DNA of 64,000 bases from Spirochaetia bacterium (GTDB taxonomy: Bacteria; Spirochaetota; Spirochaetia; SZUA-6; Bin103). The position numbers and the translations under genes were made by a program. This document shows positions 1-9,762 of the stretch, one piece after another. The notes under the pieces are model-generated. The model was not told where the DNA came from. It saw only the letters and a list, made by a program, of their open reading frames with translations, and did not search any database. The DNA lies in NCBI GenBank assembly GCA_965198005.1, contig CBDAOI010000004.1, forward strand, positions 1,312,001 through 1,376,000, in the 5' to 3' direction. Position 1 is the first letter of the stretch, and every line of letters begins with the position of its first letter.

Positions 1-549
1 GACAAGCTGGAGGAGCTGTTCAACGGGCAGTGGGGCAAGCTGATGGAGTTCCTGGTGGAAGGCGACCTCGTAGCACTCCTCCAGCAGCGGGGCATCGCGG
101 TGCAGCACACGGTATCCAACCCGCGGCAGAACTACGGTGAGCGGCGCTGGGAGTTCGACCTCGTGGCGATCAACGGCGAACAGGTCGTGGTGGTGGAAGT
201 CAAGACTAGCCTGAGGGTGCCGGACGTCGATCGATTCATCGGGCGGTTGGACGAGTTTCCGGAACTGATGCCCGAGTACGCCGAGCGGCGGATCTACGGG
301 GCGGTTGCGTATCTGAAGGCATACCAGGAGTCGGAGGTGCGAGCCGAGCGGCTGGGCCTGTTCGTGATTCGCGCCACCGGCAGCAGCGCCAGCATCACCA
401 ACCGGGAGGGGTTCACGCCGCGCGCGTTCGGTCACCGGAGCCCGGCACCCGGCCGCCAGTCGGACGCTCCGGCGGACGTCAGCGCCCGGCGAGTCGGCCG
501 TAGGGGTGGACGAGGCCAGGCAGTCATTTGGGGTCACACATGCGCATAG
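1..549 (+). CDS. PD-(D/E)XK-fold protein (DUF3782-like), 5' end outside window
   Basis: Frame open from base 1 (DKLEELFNGQWGKLMEFLVEG); motif EFDLVAING...VVVEVKT; C-terminal GLFVIRATG. Confidence 0.7.
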   Translation, partial: DKLEELFNGQWGKLMEFLVEGDLVALLQQRGIAVQHTVSNPRQNYGERRWEFDLVAINGEQVVVVEVKTSLRVPDVDRFIGRLDEFPELMPEYAERRIYGAVAYLKAYQESEVRAERLGLFVIRATGSSASITNREGFTPRAFGHRSPAPGRQSDAPADVSARRVGRRGGRGQAVIWGHTCA

Positions 550-596
550 CTACATGTGCATAGCTGCGTCTCAACTCGGAGGGCTTTAGGTGACCT

Positions 597-1105
597 ACAA
601 CAAGTTAACGCTTACCCCCCCCCCCCCCGCCCACTTTTCTAACCGAGAAACAACTAACCGCTCCGGCTGATCGCCCCGTACGTGCCCCCGCGCACGCCGT
701 CGCCTTCAGCACCGGGGTAGCGGCCGGCTACGACCGCAACGGTCCTGGATCCCCGCCCCCCAACTCACCCTCACAGAACCGACCGCCCACGTCGCCGGTC
801 AACCACATTCGTTGCTCGGCCGACTACCGCCCCGCGTGGCGTTGTGACGCAGGTCCCGACGTCCGCCGAGCGGTGGGCGTTTGCATGATGGGCCGCGCAC
901 GCGGATCCCATCTTACGTCAGCCATCTGGCAGGGCACCCTGTGCCCCAGGAAGGAGGTGAAGATGATACTGAAAGAGCCGGAGGCGCGCGCGGCGTGAGC
1001 CGGGGTGAACCCGGATGAGTCACACGCCGCGCGCTTCACAAATTGACTCAGACTGGCCGCCTGCGTTGCGTGTGGCCAGGGAGCGTTGATCCGCTCCGCA
1101 ATATC
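597..1105 (+). promoter_or_regulatory. Conserved leader upstream of SBP cassette 1 (C14 tract, uORF, hairpin)
   Basis: Homologous to 7224-7830 and 13005-13057; C14 at 615-628; AAGGAGGTGA then ATG 963-998; 12-bp stem 986-997/1023-1034. Confidence 0.7.
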
Positions 1106-1131
1106 TGGAAACAACATTCAAGGAAGAAACG

Positions 1132-2932
1132 ATGAAGATATTTTTTACAAGGACCTTCGCGATTGCGTTGGTCCTGATTCTGACCGCAACCGGCCTCTGG
1201 GCTGGCGGTGGCACGGAAGAGGAGCCGGCAGCGGCGATGGAGAAGGAAATGGTGCTCGACCCGACCACCGGCAAGATGGTCGTCGCGCCCCAGTATGGCG
1301 GCACACTGACACGCGCCAAAAATGCTGATTGCGAAGGTACTGACATCTGGATAACCAGATGTGGAAATATCACAGCCGGTGGCGTCGTGGAGAAGCTGGG
1401 CATCGCGGACTGGGCAACGCCCAGGGACGAATACGACTTCCACAGACTCCAAGCTCCAGCCCACACGATAGGGAGTCTGGCGGAAAGCTGGTCGCAGCCC
1501 GACCCACTGACCTATATCGTCAAAGTCCGCCAGGGCGTTCACTGGCATAATAAGCCGCCGATGAACGGTCGGGAGCTGACTGCCCAAGATGTGGAATATA
1601 GCTTTCAGCGTATCTTGGGACTTGGCAGCGGTTTCACCGAACCTGCCGAAATTGTTTCATTCGATAAGTGGTCAGGTGTGAAAGTGGAATCGATAACGGC
1701 CACCGACAAATGGACGGTTGAGTTTAAGCTGAAGGAGCAAAACCTCCGTGCGCTGGCTGCTATCCTCAACGATGAGAGCGGTGGTATATACCCCCCCGAA
1801 GTGATCAAGGAACACGGAGACGCTAACGACTGGAGGAACCTGGTCGGCACCGGGCCCTTCATGCTGACCGACCGGGTCCAGGGCAGCTCTTTGACCTGGG
1901 ACAAGAATCCTGACTACTGGGGCTACGACGAAAAATACCCGGAGAACCGGTTGCCCTATACTGACCAGCTGAGGGCCCTGATCATGCCCGAACCGGCGAC
2001 ACGTCTGGCAGCCCTGCGCTCGGGCAAGATTGATTACGTAGGTATTATCGGCACGACTTACCTCCAGTCTTTCGAGCAGGTAGAAAGCCTCCTGAAGACC
2101 AACCCCGATGTCCGGATATGGCCGGCTTCCCCTAATTCTAATAATAGTATGGGCATGAACATTCAGTTGCCGCCCTTCGACGACATCAGGGTGCGCAAGG
2201 CACTGCAGATGGCACTAAACCTCGAAGAAACTAACGAGGCAATGTATGGTGGCTTTGCTGACATAATACCTCAGGGGCAGCTAAGTCGGCATATGACACA
2301 AGCAGTCATCCAATTCGAAGACTGGCCCGAAGAGGTCAAGAAGGTTTTTGACTACGATCCGGATGGTGCCGAAGCGTTGCTTGATGAGGCTGGTTATCCG
2401 CGCGATGCCGACGGCATCAGATTTAAGACCGACCTCATGCAGCTCGACCGGTACACTACGGACTTTATGGAATTGGCCGTTTCATACTGGAAAAAGATCG
2501 GCGTCGATGTAGAGATTGAGGTAGAGGAAGGGGCGGCGTTTGGCCCTAGACGAACATCGAGAGATTATAGAATGATGCAAACGGACTCGGCCGCGAAAGT
2601 GTCCGCATTGGGATGGGCCGGCGGGATGCGCTTCTTGCCGGAAACACAATGGAACACCTCCAATACCGACGACCCGTGGTATAACGCCAAGTTTGAGGAG
2701 AAGAGAGCCGCTACCACTATGGAGGAAGTCAACAGGATAACTAAGGAGCTTAATCAGTATGCGATAGAGCAGTTCTGGTCGCTCTTTGGTCCTGTCGCCC
2801 CATTCTATTACGTGAGCCAGCCGTGGATCATAGGCTATAACGGTGAAGGAGATATGGGAAATGGTCATTTTCAACCAAGTCTTCGCCAGGCTCTGGATTG
2901 ATAGTGAGCTGAAGGAAGCCATGGGCTTCTAG
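1132..2932 (+). CDS. ABC substrate-binding protein, family 5 (OppA/DppA-like); frameshift near 3' end
   Basis: Signal peptide, QYGGTLT, LAESW, VGTGPF, NPDYWG. ORF stops at 2901, but the paralogue-type end ARLWIDSELKEAMGF* continues in another frame to 2932. Confidence 0.9.
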
Positions 2933-3068
2933 ATTTCAAACCCCTTGTGGGCTGGGAACAGGCCCCGCAAAATCTCCGATTTTGCGGGGTCCCAGTGAGG
3001 GCTCTGTATTCTCGCTTTCGGTGGGGGTAGTGGACGTCTGAGCTCGCAATGAAGAGGCGTAGTGTTAC

Positions 3069-4082
3069 ATGAGAGCCTATATCATCAGACGGTTTATGCT
3101 GATAATCCCCACGCTGTTGATATTGACCATCCTGGTCTTTCTCTCGGTCCGCTTCATCCCGGGCGATGCAATAGACGCAATGTTAGTCAATATGGTGGGC
3201 GACCTGGGATACTATGGGCCCGGGGAGGCGCCCCGTGAAGCTCTCGAGCGTCGGCTGGGATTAGACGTGCCTGTCTACGTGCAGTATGGACGTTGGATCG
3301 GAGTGCTGCCGACCCCTGACTGGGTTACGGGCGAGTCCCACCCGAGAGGTCTCCTCCAGGGCACCCTTGGCACGTCACTATGGGGCGCCTGGGCGGTAGG
3401 GGAGAGAATATTGGAGAGATTGCCGGTAACCATTGAGCTTGGTTTCCTGGCAATGCTCATCGGGCTGGTGCTAGCGGTCCCCGTCGGCATCTTTTCGGCG
3501 ATTCGCCAAGATACGGTGGCCGACTACGCGGGGCGCTCCGTCGCCATCCTTGGCCTGGCAACGCCTAACTTCTGGCTGGGAATCATGGTCATGCTCTACC
3601 CGGCAATCTGGTGGGGCTGGTCGCCGCCGCTGGAGCTGATTCCTTTTGCCGAAGATCCGCTAGGCAATCTCGGGGTGTTTATCATTCCGAGCCTGATTCT
3701 GGGGACCGCCATGGCCGCAGCCACGATGCGGCTGACGCGCACCATGATGCTGGAGGTGCTCCGCCAGGACTACATCAGAACCGCCTGGTCCAAGGGTCTC
3801 AGGGAGAGGGCGGTCGTGATGAGACACGCCGTCAAGAATGCACTCATCCCGGTGGTTACGTTGATAGGCCTGCAGTTGCCTCTCCTGGTAGGCGGCTCGG
3901 TGATCATGGAGAATATATTCAACCTGCCGGGGCTGGGTCGTCTCATGGTGACTGCACTCCAGGGCAGAGACTACCCGGTCGTCTCGGGAGTAAATCTGGT
4001 TTTCGCCGCTGCGGTTGTGGGGTTCAATCTCATTACCGACCTGGTATATGCTGTCTTGGACCCCAGGGTCCGGTATGAATAA
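3069..4082 (+). CDS. ABC peptide/nickel-family permease (OppB/DppB-like)
   Basis: MRAYIIRR start; DYIRTAWSKGL EAA loop; LDPRVRY end. Confidence 0.93.
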   Translation: MRAYIIRRFMLIIPTLLILTILVFLSVRFIPGDAIDAMLVNMVGDLGYYGPGEAPREALERRLGLDVPVYVQYGRWIGVLPTPDWVTGESHPRGLLQGTLGTSLWGAWAVGERILERLPVTIELGFLAMLIGLVLAVPVGIFSAIRQDTVADYAGRSVAILGLATPNFWLGIMVMLYPAIWWGWSPPLELIPFAEDPLGNLGVFIIPSLILGTAMAAATMRLTRTMMLEVLRQDYIRTAWSKGLRERAVVMRHAVKNALIPVVTLIGLQLPLLVGGSVIMENIFNLPGLGRLMVTALQGRDYPVVSGVNLVFAAAVVGFNLITDLVYAVLDPRVRYE

Positions 4083-4993
4083 TGAGTGACCGCGTGGGCA
4101 TCCCGGAAAGTCACGGGCCGGCGAATGTACTAAAGAGGCTTTGGAAGGAGAAGCCATTTGGTATTATCTCCGGCGTTATCGTCCTGCTATTGATTCTTAT
4201 AGCTATTTTCGCCGATTTCCTGGCTCCTTTTGCACCTGATGAAGTATTCATTGTGGACAGGCTGCAGGGATCTTCAGCAAGGTACCTGTTGGGTACCGAC
4301 CAGTTGGGGCGAGATCTATTTAGCCGGCTTGTCTACGGGGGGCGTATTTCGTTGTTCGTCGGCCTGTCGGCGACCGCTATCAATGTTGTGGTTGCTGTCC
4401 TGATAGGCGGCATTTCAGGATTCCTTGGCGGCAAGTTGGACCTGGCTGTGCAGAGGGTTGTCGATGCCTGGATGGCGTTCCCGGGACTGCTCCTATTGTT
4501 GACCATAATGTCGGTCGTGGGGCGAGGTCTGCCTCAAATCATCGTGGTCTTGGGGATAGCAGGCGGCGTCGGCAGCTCGAGAGTCATCAGAGGCGCGGTC
4601 ATCGGCATCAAGGAAAACGACTATTTGCGCGCGGCAATGGCAACTGGCAGCTCAAAGATGAGGTCGCTTATCCGGCATGTCCTGCCTAATATCATGCCTG
4701 TCGTGATCATCATATTCAGCATCAACATCGGGGGGGTGATTATCACCGAGGCATCCTTAAGCTTCCTGGGATTCGGTCTGCCACTCTCGGTTCCCAGCTG
4801 GGGCGGGATGCTCAGCCGGGAGGGGCGGAGGTTCATGGAGCAGGCGCCGTGGCTGGCGCTGTGGCCTGGGCTGTGCCTGACTGCTGTCGTCTACTGTCTA
4901 AACATGTTCGGCGACGCGGTGCGGGACCTGCTCGACCCGAGGCTGCGGGGTGGTGGGGGTCGTCTCGGGGCCGCTGGCGCCAGGTCGGTTTAA
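4082..4993 (+). CDS. ABC permease (OppC/DppC-like)
   Basis: LLGTDQLGRD, RHVLPN, SWGGML, NMFGDAVRDLLDPR. Confidence 0.93.
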   Translation: MSDRVGIPESHGPANVLKRLWKEKPFGIISGVIVLLLILIAIFADFLAPFAPDEVFIVDRLQGSSARYLLGTDQLGRDLFSRLVYGGRISLFVGLSATAINVVVAVLIGGISGFLGGKLDLAVQRVVDAWMAFPGLLLLLTIMSVVGRGLPQIIVVLGIAGGVGSSRVIRGAVIGIKENDYLRAAMATGSSKMRSLIRHVLPNIMPVVIIIFSINIGGVIITEASLSFLGFGLPLSVPSWGGMLSREGRRFMEQAPWLALWPGLCLTAVVYCLNMFGDAVRDLLDPRLRGGGGRLGAAGARSV

Positions 4994-5156
4994 GGAGAGC
5001 GCGCCTGCGGCGGCCTGGGAGCCACGCGCCGGGCGGCCGTCCAGCCCAGTCAGCAAGGCGAGGTGCGACTACGCCGGCGACAGGCTGGCCATCGTCGATC
5101 CGGACAACGGCGCACCCGCGATCCGCGCACCAAGGTCAAGCTGCTGTACGACGAGC

Positions 5157-5206
5157 TCCGTGGTACGGTCGCACCGTAGAGCCATGAGCTGCCAGATTTC
5201 TTCGAC
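5157..5206. repeat. 75-bp tandem repeat array, left part (split by the IS)
   Basis: TCCGTGGTACGGTCGCACCGTAGAGCCATGAGCTGCCAGATTTCTTCGAC matches the units at 7088-7226 and 12883-13007. Confidence 0.85.
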
Positions 5207-7087
5207 CAGCAATTCTCGGTGAACAAAAATTGAGAGGGTCGGCGTGGGGGGCAATGGCGGGCGGGACGGCACGTAAGTGGTCGTATAGGTCATGAGTATG
5301 TAATAAGTTGCCTATCGTCTGGACAAATCATCTCAGGGTTGTCATGCTCTCTCCTATGGCAAGAGGTCGCCGCAGAGGTCCATTTTTGCTTCGTTTTCGT
5401 GCGCTCCTGGTCTCCTTGAACCTGCACGCCGCCAAGGTCGTCGATACGCGCCAAGCCAGCAAGGTCCGGTACTCCCTGCAGGATTGCTACGTGTGTGCTT
5501 TCGCCTTGTTTACCTTCAAGACCCTTCCGTGCTGGAGTTCCAACGCCGCTTCCAGGACCAACTCCGCACCAACAACCTCAACTCTACGTTTGGCGTCGCT
5601 CGGATCCCTGCCGACTCCCAGTTCCGCGATCTGCTCGACAGCCATGACTATGAACCGCTGCTCGGCTGCTTCGGCGACTGGATAGGGCGCATGCAGGACG
5701 CCAAATGGCTGCAGCACTATCAGTTCCTCGACGGTCGCTACCTCATCACCATGGACGGCTCCCAGTACTTCAGCTCGTACCAGGTGAACTGTGAGTGCTG
5801 TCTGACCGCCACCAACAACGGCACCGTACGCTACCACCACGACATCCTGCAGACCGCCATCGTCCACCCCGACAAGCGGCAGGTGCTGCCGTTGGCTCCC
5901 GGTTCATTCACAACGCCGATGACTCTGGCGCCAAGAGCGCCAAACGCCGCAAGCAGGACTGTGAAATAAAAGCCGGCTACCGTGCCGTGCAGCGCATCCG
6001 TAACGACCATCCCCGGCTGGCTGCGGTGATCGTCGCCGATAGTCCGTGCTCCAAGCAACCGTTCATCGAACAGGTGCGCGCCGCCCGCTTCTCGTTTCTG
6101 CTGGTGGCCAAGCCGGAGGATCACACCAAGCCTGTACCAGGATCTCAACGGGTTGCGCCGCGGTCGGCTGCTGGACCACCGCTGCACCATCGACGCGACC
6201 GGGGACCGGCATGAATACGAGTGGGTTACCGGGGTGCCGCTGAACGGCAACCCCCGCAGTCCCCAGATCAACTTCGTGCACTACCGCATCGTACGGGCCG
6301 GCACGACCACCTATCGAAACGCCTGGGTGACCGACTTGGTACCCACCGCTGGCAGCGTCGCGCGGATCGTGCGTGCGGGACGGGCACGCTGGAAGATCGA
6401 GAACGAGGGGTTCAATACGCTGAAGAACCAGGGCTATCACCTGGAGCACAACTTCGGCCACGGTGACAAGTACCTGTCGGAGGCGTTCTTCCTACTCAAC
6501 CTGCTGGCCTATTTCATGCACCAGATATTCGAGCTGGTGGACGGTCTGTATCAGCAGGTGCGGGCTGGGTTCGGGTCGCGCCGGGAGTTCTGGGGCGCGG
6601 TCCGTGCCACGTTCCGGCTATTCCTGTTCCCGTCGTGGGACCAGGTGCTGGTGCGGATGAACTCGCCGCCGCAGCCGCTGTCCGGGTAGCCGCTCCCTGG
6701 AGAACTGAACCTGCTCCCTGAACGATCCCTGACTGGGGCCGCGGCGCAGGTGTGCCGGCCGCGGCTGAGCACCGCCCCCGAAGGCCGATCGCCGCACCGC
6801 GCCAGCCCGCGGCATCGGCCGAGCGGCGGTGGCTGACGGTGGTCAGGTCATCGCACCGGGCTGGCGTGACGGTGGCTAAATACGTCACCTGCAATCAGTT
6901 ATAGAAGTTCGGCCGGGTCGGGCCGGGTCGGGCCGTCCGGTGCTTGCCTTTCACGGGAGGAATGGGTATTATTGGGTCGTGCATTCACGCGGTGGGCCAA
7001 CAGGTGGGGCATGGTCGCATTTCACATACGGAGGGCTTGAGCTTATGACACTCTGCCCCTCTACCAGCCGTTCACCGAGAATTGCTG
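5207..7087 (+). mobile_element. Insertion sequence (DDE, ISNCY/IS4-like), 1881 bp
   Basis: Perfect 18-bp IRs CAGCAATTCTCGGTGAAC (5207-5224 / 7070-7087); 9-bp TSD TTCTTCGAC (5198-5206 / 7088-7096). Confidence 0.92.
5344..6689 (+). pseudogene. DDE transposase, frameshifted across several ORFs
   Basis: LITMDGSQYFSS, KQDCE, IVADS and GRARWKIENEGFNTLKNQGYHLEHNFGHG are spread over ORFs 5308, 5484, 5795 and 6153. Confidence 0.85.
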
Positions 7088-7226
7088 TTCTTCGACGCAG
7101 GTGGTTGACGCGAGTGGCGGGTCCGTGGCACGGTCGCACCGTAGGGCCATGAGCTGCCAGATTTCTTCGACGCAGGTGGTTGACGCGAGTCGTGGGTCCG
7201 TGGTACGGTCGCACCGTAGAGTCATG
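7088..7226. repeat. 75-bp tandem repeat (~1.8 units)
   Basis: Unit TTCTTCGACGCAGGTGGTTGACGCGAGT...GCCATGAGCTGCCAGAT repeated head-to-tail with few mismatches. Confidence 0.9.
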
Positions 7227-7712
7227 CATGGCCCTGTAGGCCCCCACAACAAGTTAGCGCTTATGCCCCCCCCACCACTTGTTCGAACAGAGAAACAACT
7301 AAGCGCTCCGGCTGATCGCCCCGTACGCGACCCCGCGCACGCGGTCGCCTTCACCACCGCCGTAGCTGTCGGTGGCTCCGCCTCGGTCCGTCGCCGAACC
7401 GGGATGCGGGCCGCCCGCGCCCTTCACGGCGACCGCAACGGTCCTGGATCCCCGCCCACCAACGCACCGTCACAGAACCGACCGCCGACGTCGCCGGTCA
7501 ACCACATGCGTTGCTCGGCCGAGCACCGCCCCGCGTGGCGTTGTGACGCAGGTCCCGACGTCCGCCGAGCGGTGGGCGTTTGTCTTATGGGGCGCGCACG
7601 CGGATCCCATCTTACGTCTGGCATCTGGCAGGGCACCCTGTGCCCCAGCACCCTGTGCCCCAAGAAGGAGGTGAAGATGATACTGAAAGAACCGCACGCG
7701 CGCGCGGCGTGA
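7224..7712 (+). CDS. Putative leader ORF (162 aa, poly-Pro N-terminus) upstream of SBP cassette 2
   Basis: MHGPVGPHNKLALMPPPP...KMILKEPHARAA*; the homologous frame is open at 627-998 with frame-preserving indels. Confidence 0.4.
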   Translation: MHGPVGPHNKLALMPPPPLVRTEKQLSAPADRPVRDPAHAVAFTTAVAVGGSASVRRRTGMRAARALHGDRNGPGSPPTNAPSQNRPPTSPVNHMRCSAEHRPAWRCDAGPDVRRAVGVCLMGRARGSHLTSGIWQGTLCPSTLCPKKEVKMILKEPHARAA

Positions 7713-7856
7713 GCCGGGGTGAACCCGCTGAGTCACACGCCGCGCGCTCTTAGTGAATTTGACTCAGACTGGCCGTCCGCGTTGCGGGCCCGAGCGTAGC
7801 CAGGGAGCGCAAGTCGCTCCGCAATACTCTCGAAAAATCTACATACGGAGGAACGT

Positions 7857-9686
7857 ATGAACATTACAAAAACTGCAATCACCTTCGCGTTTGCGTTGGT
7901 CCTCGTAATGACCGCAACCGGCCTCTGGGCCGCCGGCGGCAGCGACAGCGACGACTCGGCAGCCGCTGCCGAGAAGGAAATGGTGCTCGACCCCACGACC
8001 GGGGAGATGGTGTCCGCGCCACAGTATGGCGGGACACTCACGTGGGCCGCTGTGAGTCATGCTCCGAATACTGACCCGTGGCACGTTGGTGGCTGGGCGC
8101 CTCACTTCATCAGTGGCGTTAACGAGGCGCTAGCCTTCACCGACTGGGCAACATCCAGGGATAAATTTAACTTCGCATTCTGGGAACGACCGCACGAGAC
8201 CACTAGAGGGAATCTGGCTGAAAGCTGGTCAATGCCCGACGATACAACGATGATCTTCCACATCCGCCAGGGTGTTCACTTCGCTCTTGATCCAGACAGT
8301 GAGGCCAGCCGCCTGGTAGATGGTCGGGAGCTCGATGCTTCTGACATCGAATGGAACTATCACCGTATGTTGGGTCTGGGCGATTTCAGCGAAGCCGAAC
8401 CTAGCGGCCAAAGGGGCGGTACCACTATGGGGATAGAGGTCGAATCGGTAACGGCCACCGACAAATGGACGGTTGAGATTAAGCTGACGAAGCCTCAACT
8501 CAATGCGGAGTATAAAATATTAAACCCCTGGGTCATTTTGGGGTTGCCTCGCGAGGTAGTCGAGAAATACGGAGACTATAGGGACTGGAGGAACGTGGTC
8601 GGCACCGGGCCCCTGAGGCTGACTGAATATGTCGAAGGCGTCTCTATTACCTGGGAGAAGAATCCTGACTACTGGGGCTACGACGAAAAATTCCCGCAGA
8701 ACCGCCTGCCCTATATTGACGAGTACAGGTCCCTGCTGATGAAAGAACCAGCAGCACGCGTGGCGGCACTGCGCACGGGCAAGGTTGATATGATGGGTAA
8801 CGCCGGAGACGCTAATATAGCCAATGTCGAAAATCTGCTGACCATCCAGCGGACCAACCCTGAAATCGATGTGTGGCCCGTTTATGGTATGGGAACTGCG
8901 CAGTTTGTTTTTAACTTGGCTTTGCCGCCCACTTCCGACCTCGATGTGCGCAAGGCACTGAATATGGCAGTGGACCGCGAGACAGTTTCCGCTACCTTCA
9001 AGGGTTGGGGAGATCCAGAACCTATTGGGTTAATGCTGCCCGTGGAAGGGTGGAGCTGGCCCTATGATGAGTGGCCCGAAGACGTCAAGCAAGACTATAC
9101 CTATAACCCGGAAAGGGCCGAGGAGCTCCTTGATGCGGCTGGATACAAGCGCGGCGCAAACGGCTATCGATTCAAGATCATGTTAGGCCATTACGACAGG
9201 TGGGATACGTCCTATTCAGAACTCGTCGGGGGGTACTTGGATGCCATTGGCGTTGACAGCGAGCTTGTTGTGAAGACTTTCCCTGAGGCTAGCGCTGAGA
9301 CTCATGCGCCCACGTCCCGGTTTGCGGCAATGAATACTAATCATGGGTACGCCGGCGGTACGCTTGTCGCACTAGAAAGGCAAATCCAAGAGGTTGGTGG
9401 CTGGAGCTACACCAAAGTGAATGACCCCCGTCTGGTCGCCCTGTATGAAAGCGGCAAAGATTCTCTCGACATGGAGGAGATAAAGAGTATTTCTCGACAG
9501 ACCGATGAGATCTTTGTAAGGGAGCACTTCGGCCTAGCCAAAACCCGAGTCCCGCAGTTTAGCGTGAGCCAACCGTGGGTCATAGGTTATAGCGGTGAAT
9601 GGAATATGGGGAAGAATCAACGTAATACCTTGTTTGCCCGCCTGTGGATTGATAGTGAGCTGAAGGCAGCAATGATGGGAAATTAG
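7857..9686 (+). CDS. ABC substrate-binding protein, family 5
   Basis: SD GGAGGA, signal peptide, QYGGTLTW, LAESW, VVGTGP, ARLWIDSELK. Confidence 0.93.
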   Translation: MNITKTAITFAFALVLVMTATGLWAAGGSDSDDSAAAAEKEMVLDPTTGEMVSAPQYGGTLTWAAVSHAPNTDPWHVGGWAPHFISGVNEALAFTDWATSRDKFNFAFWERPHETTRGNLAESWSMPDDTTMIFHIRQGVHFALDPDSEASRLVDGRELDASDIEWNYHRMLGLGDFSEAEPSGQRGGTTMGIEVESVTATDKWTVEIKLTKPQLNAEYKILNPWVILGLPREVVEKYGDYRDWRNVVGTGPLRLTEYVEGVSITWEKNPDYWGYDEKFPQNRLPYIDEYRSLLMKEPAARVAALRTGKVDMMGNAGDANIANVENLLTIQRTNPEIDVWPVYGMGTAQFVFNLALPPTSDLDVRKALNMAVDRETVSATFKGWGDPEPIGLMLPVEGWSWPYDEWPEDVKQDYTYNPERAEELLDAAGYKRGANGYRFKIMLGHYDRWDTSYSELVGGYLDAIGVDSELVVKTFPEASAETHAPTSRFAAMNTNHGYAGGTLVALERQIQEVGGWSYTKVNDPRLVALYESGKDSLDMEEIKSISRQTDEIFVREHFGLAKTRVPQFSVSQPWVIGYSGEWNMGKNQRNTLFARLWIDSELKAAMMGN

Positions 9687-9700
9687 CAGTATATTCCTGT

Positions 9701-9743
9701 GGAGCTGGGTGGCGGCCGCTTGTGAGCGCGCTTCCCAGCTCCC
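9701..9743 (+). promoter_or_regulatory. Intergenic stem-loop between SBP and permease
   Basis: GGAGCTGGG...CCCAGCTCC; near-identical motif at ~30195-30238. Confidence 0.55.
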
Positions 9744-9762
9744 ATACTTGGGGCACTAACAC

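Noticed and set aside
7088-7226. 75-bp repeats as a CRISPR array
   Set aside because: Units are contiguous with no unique spacers, and no cas genes are present in the window.
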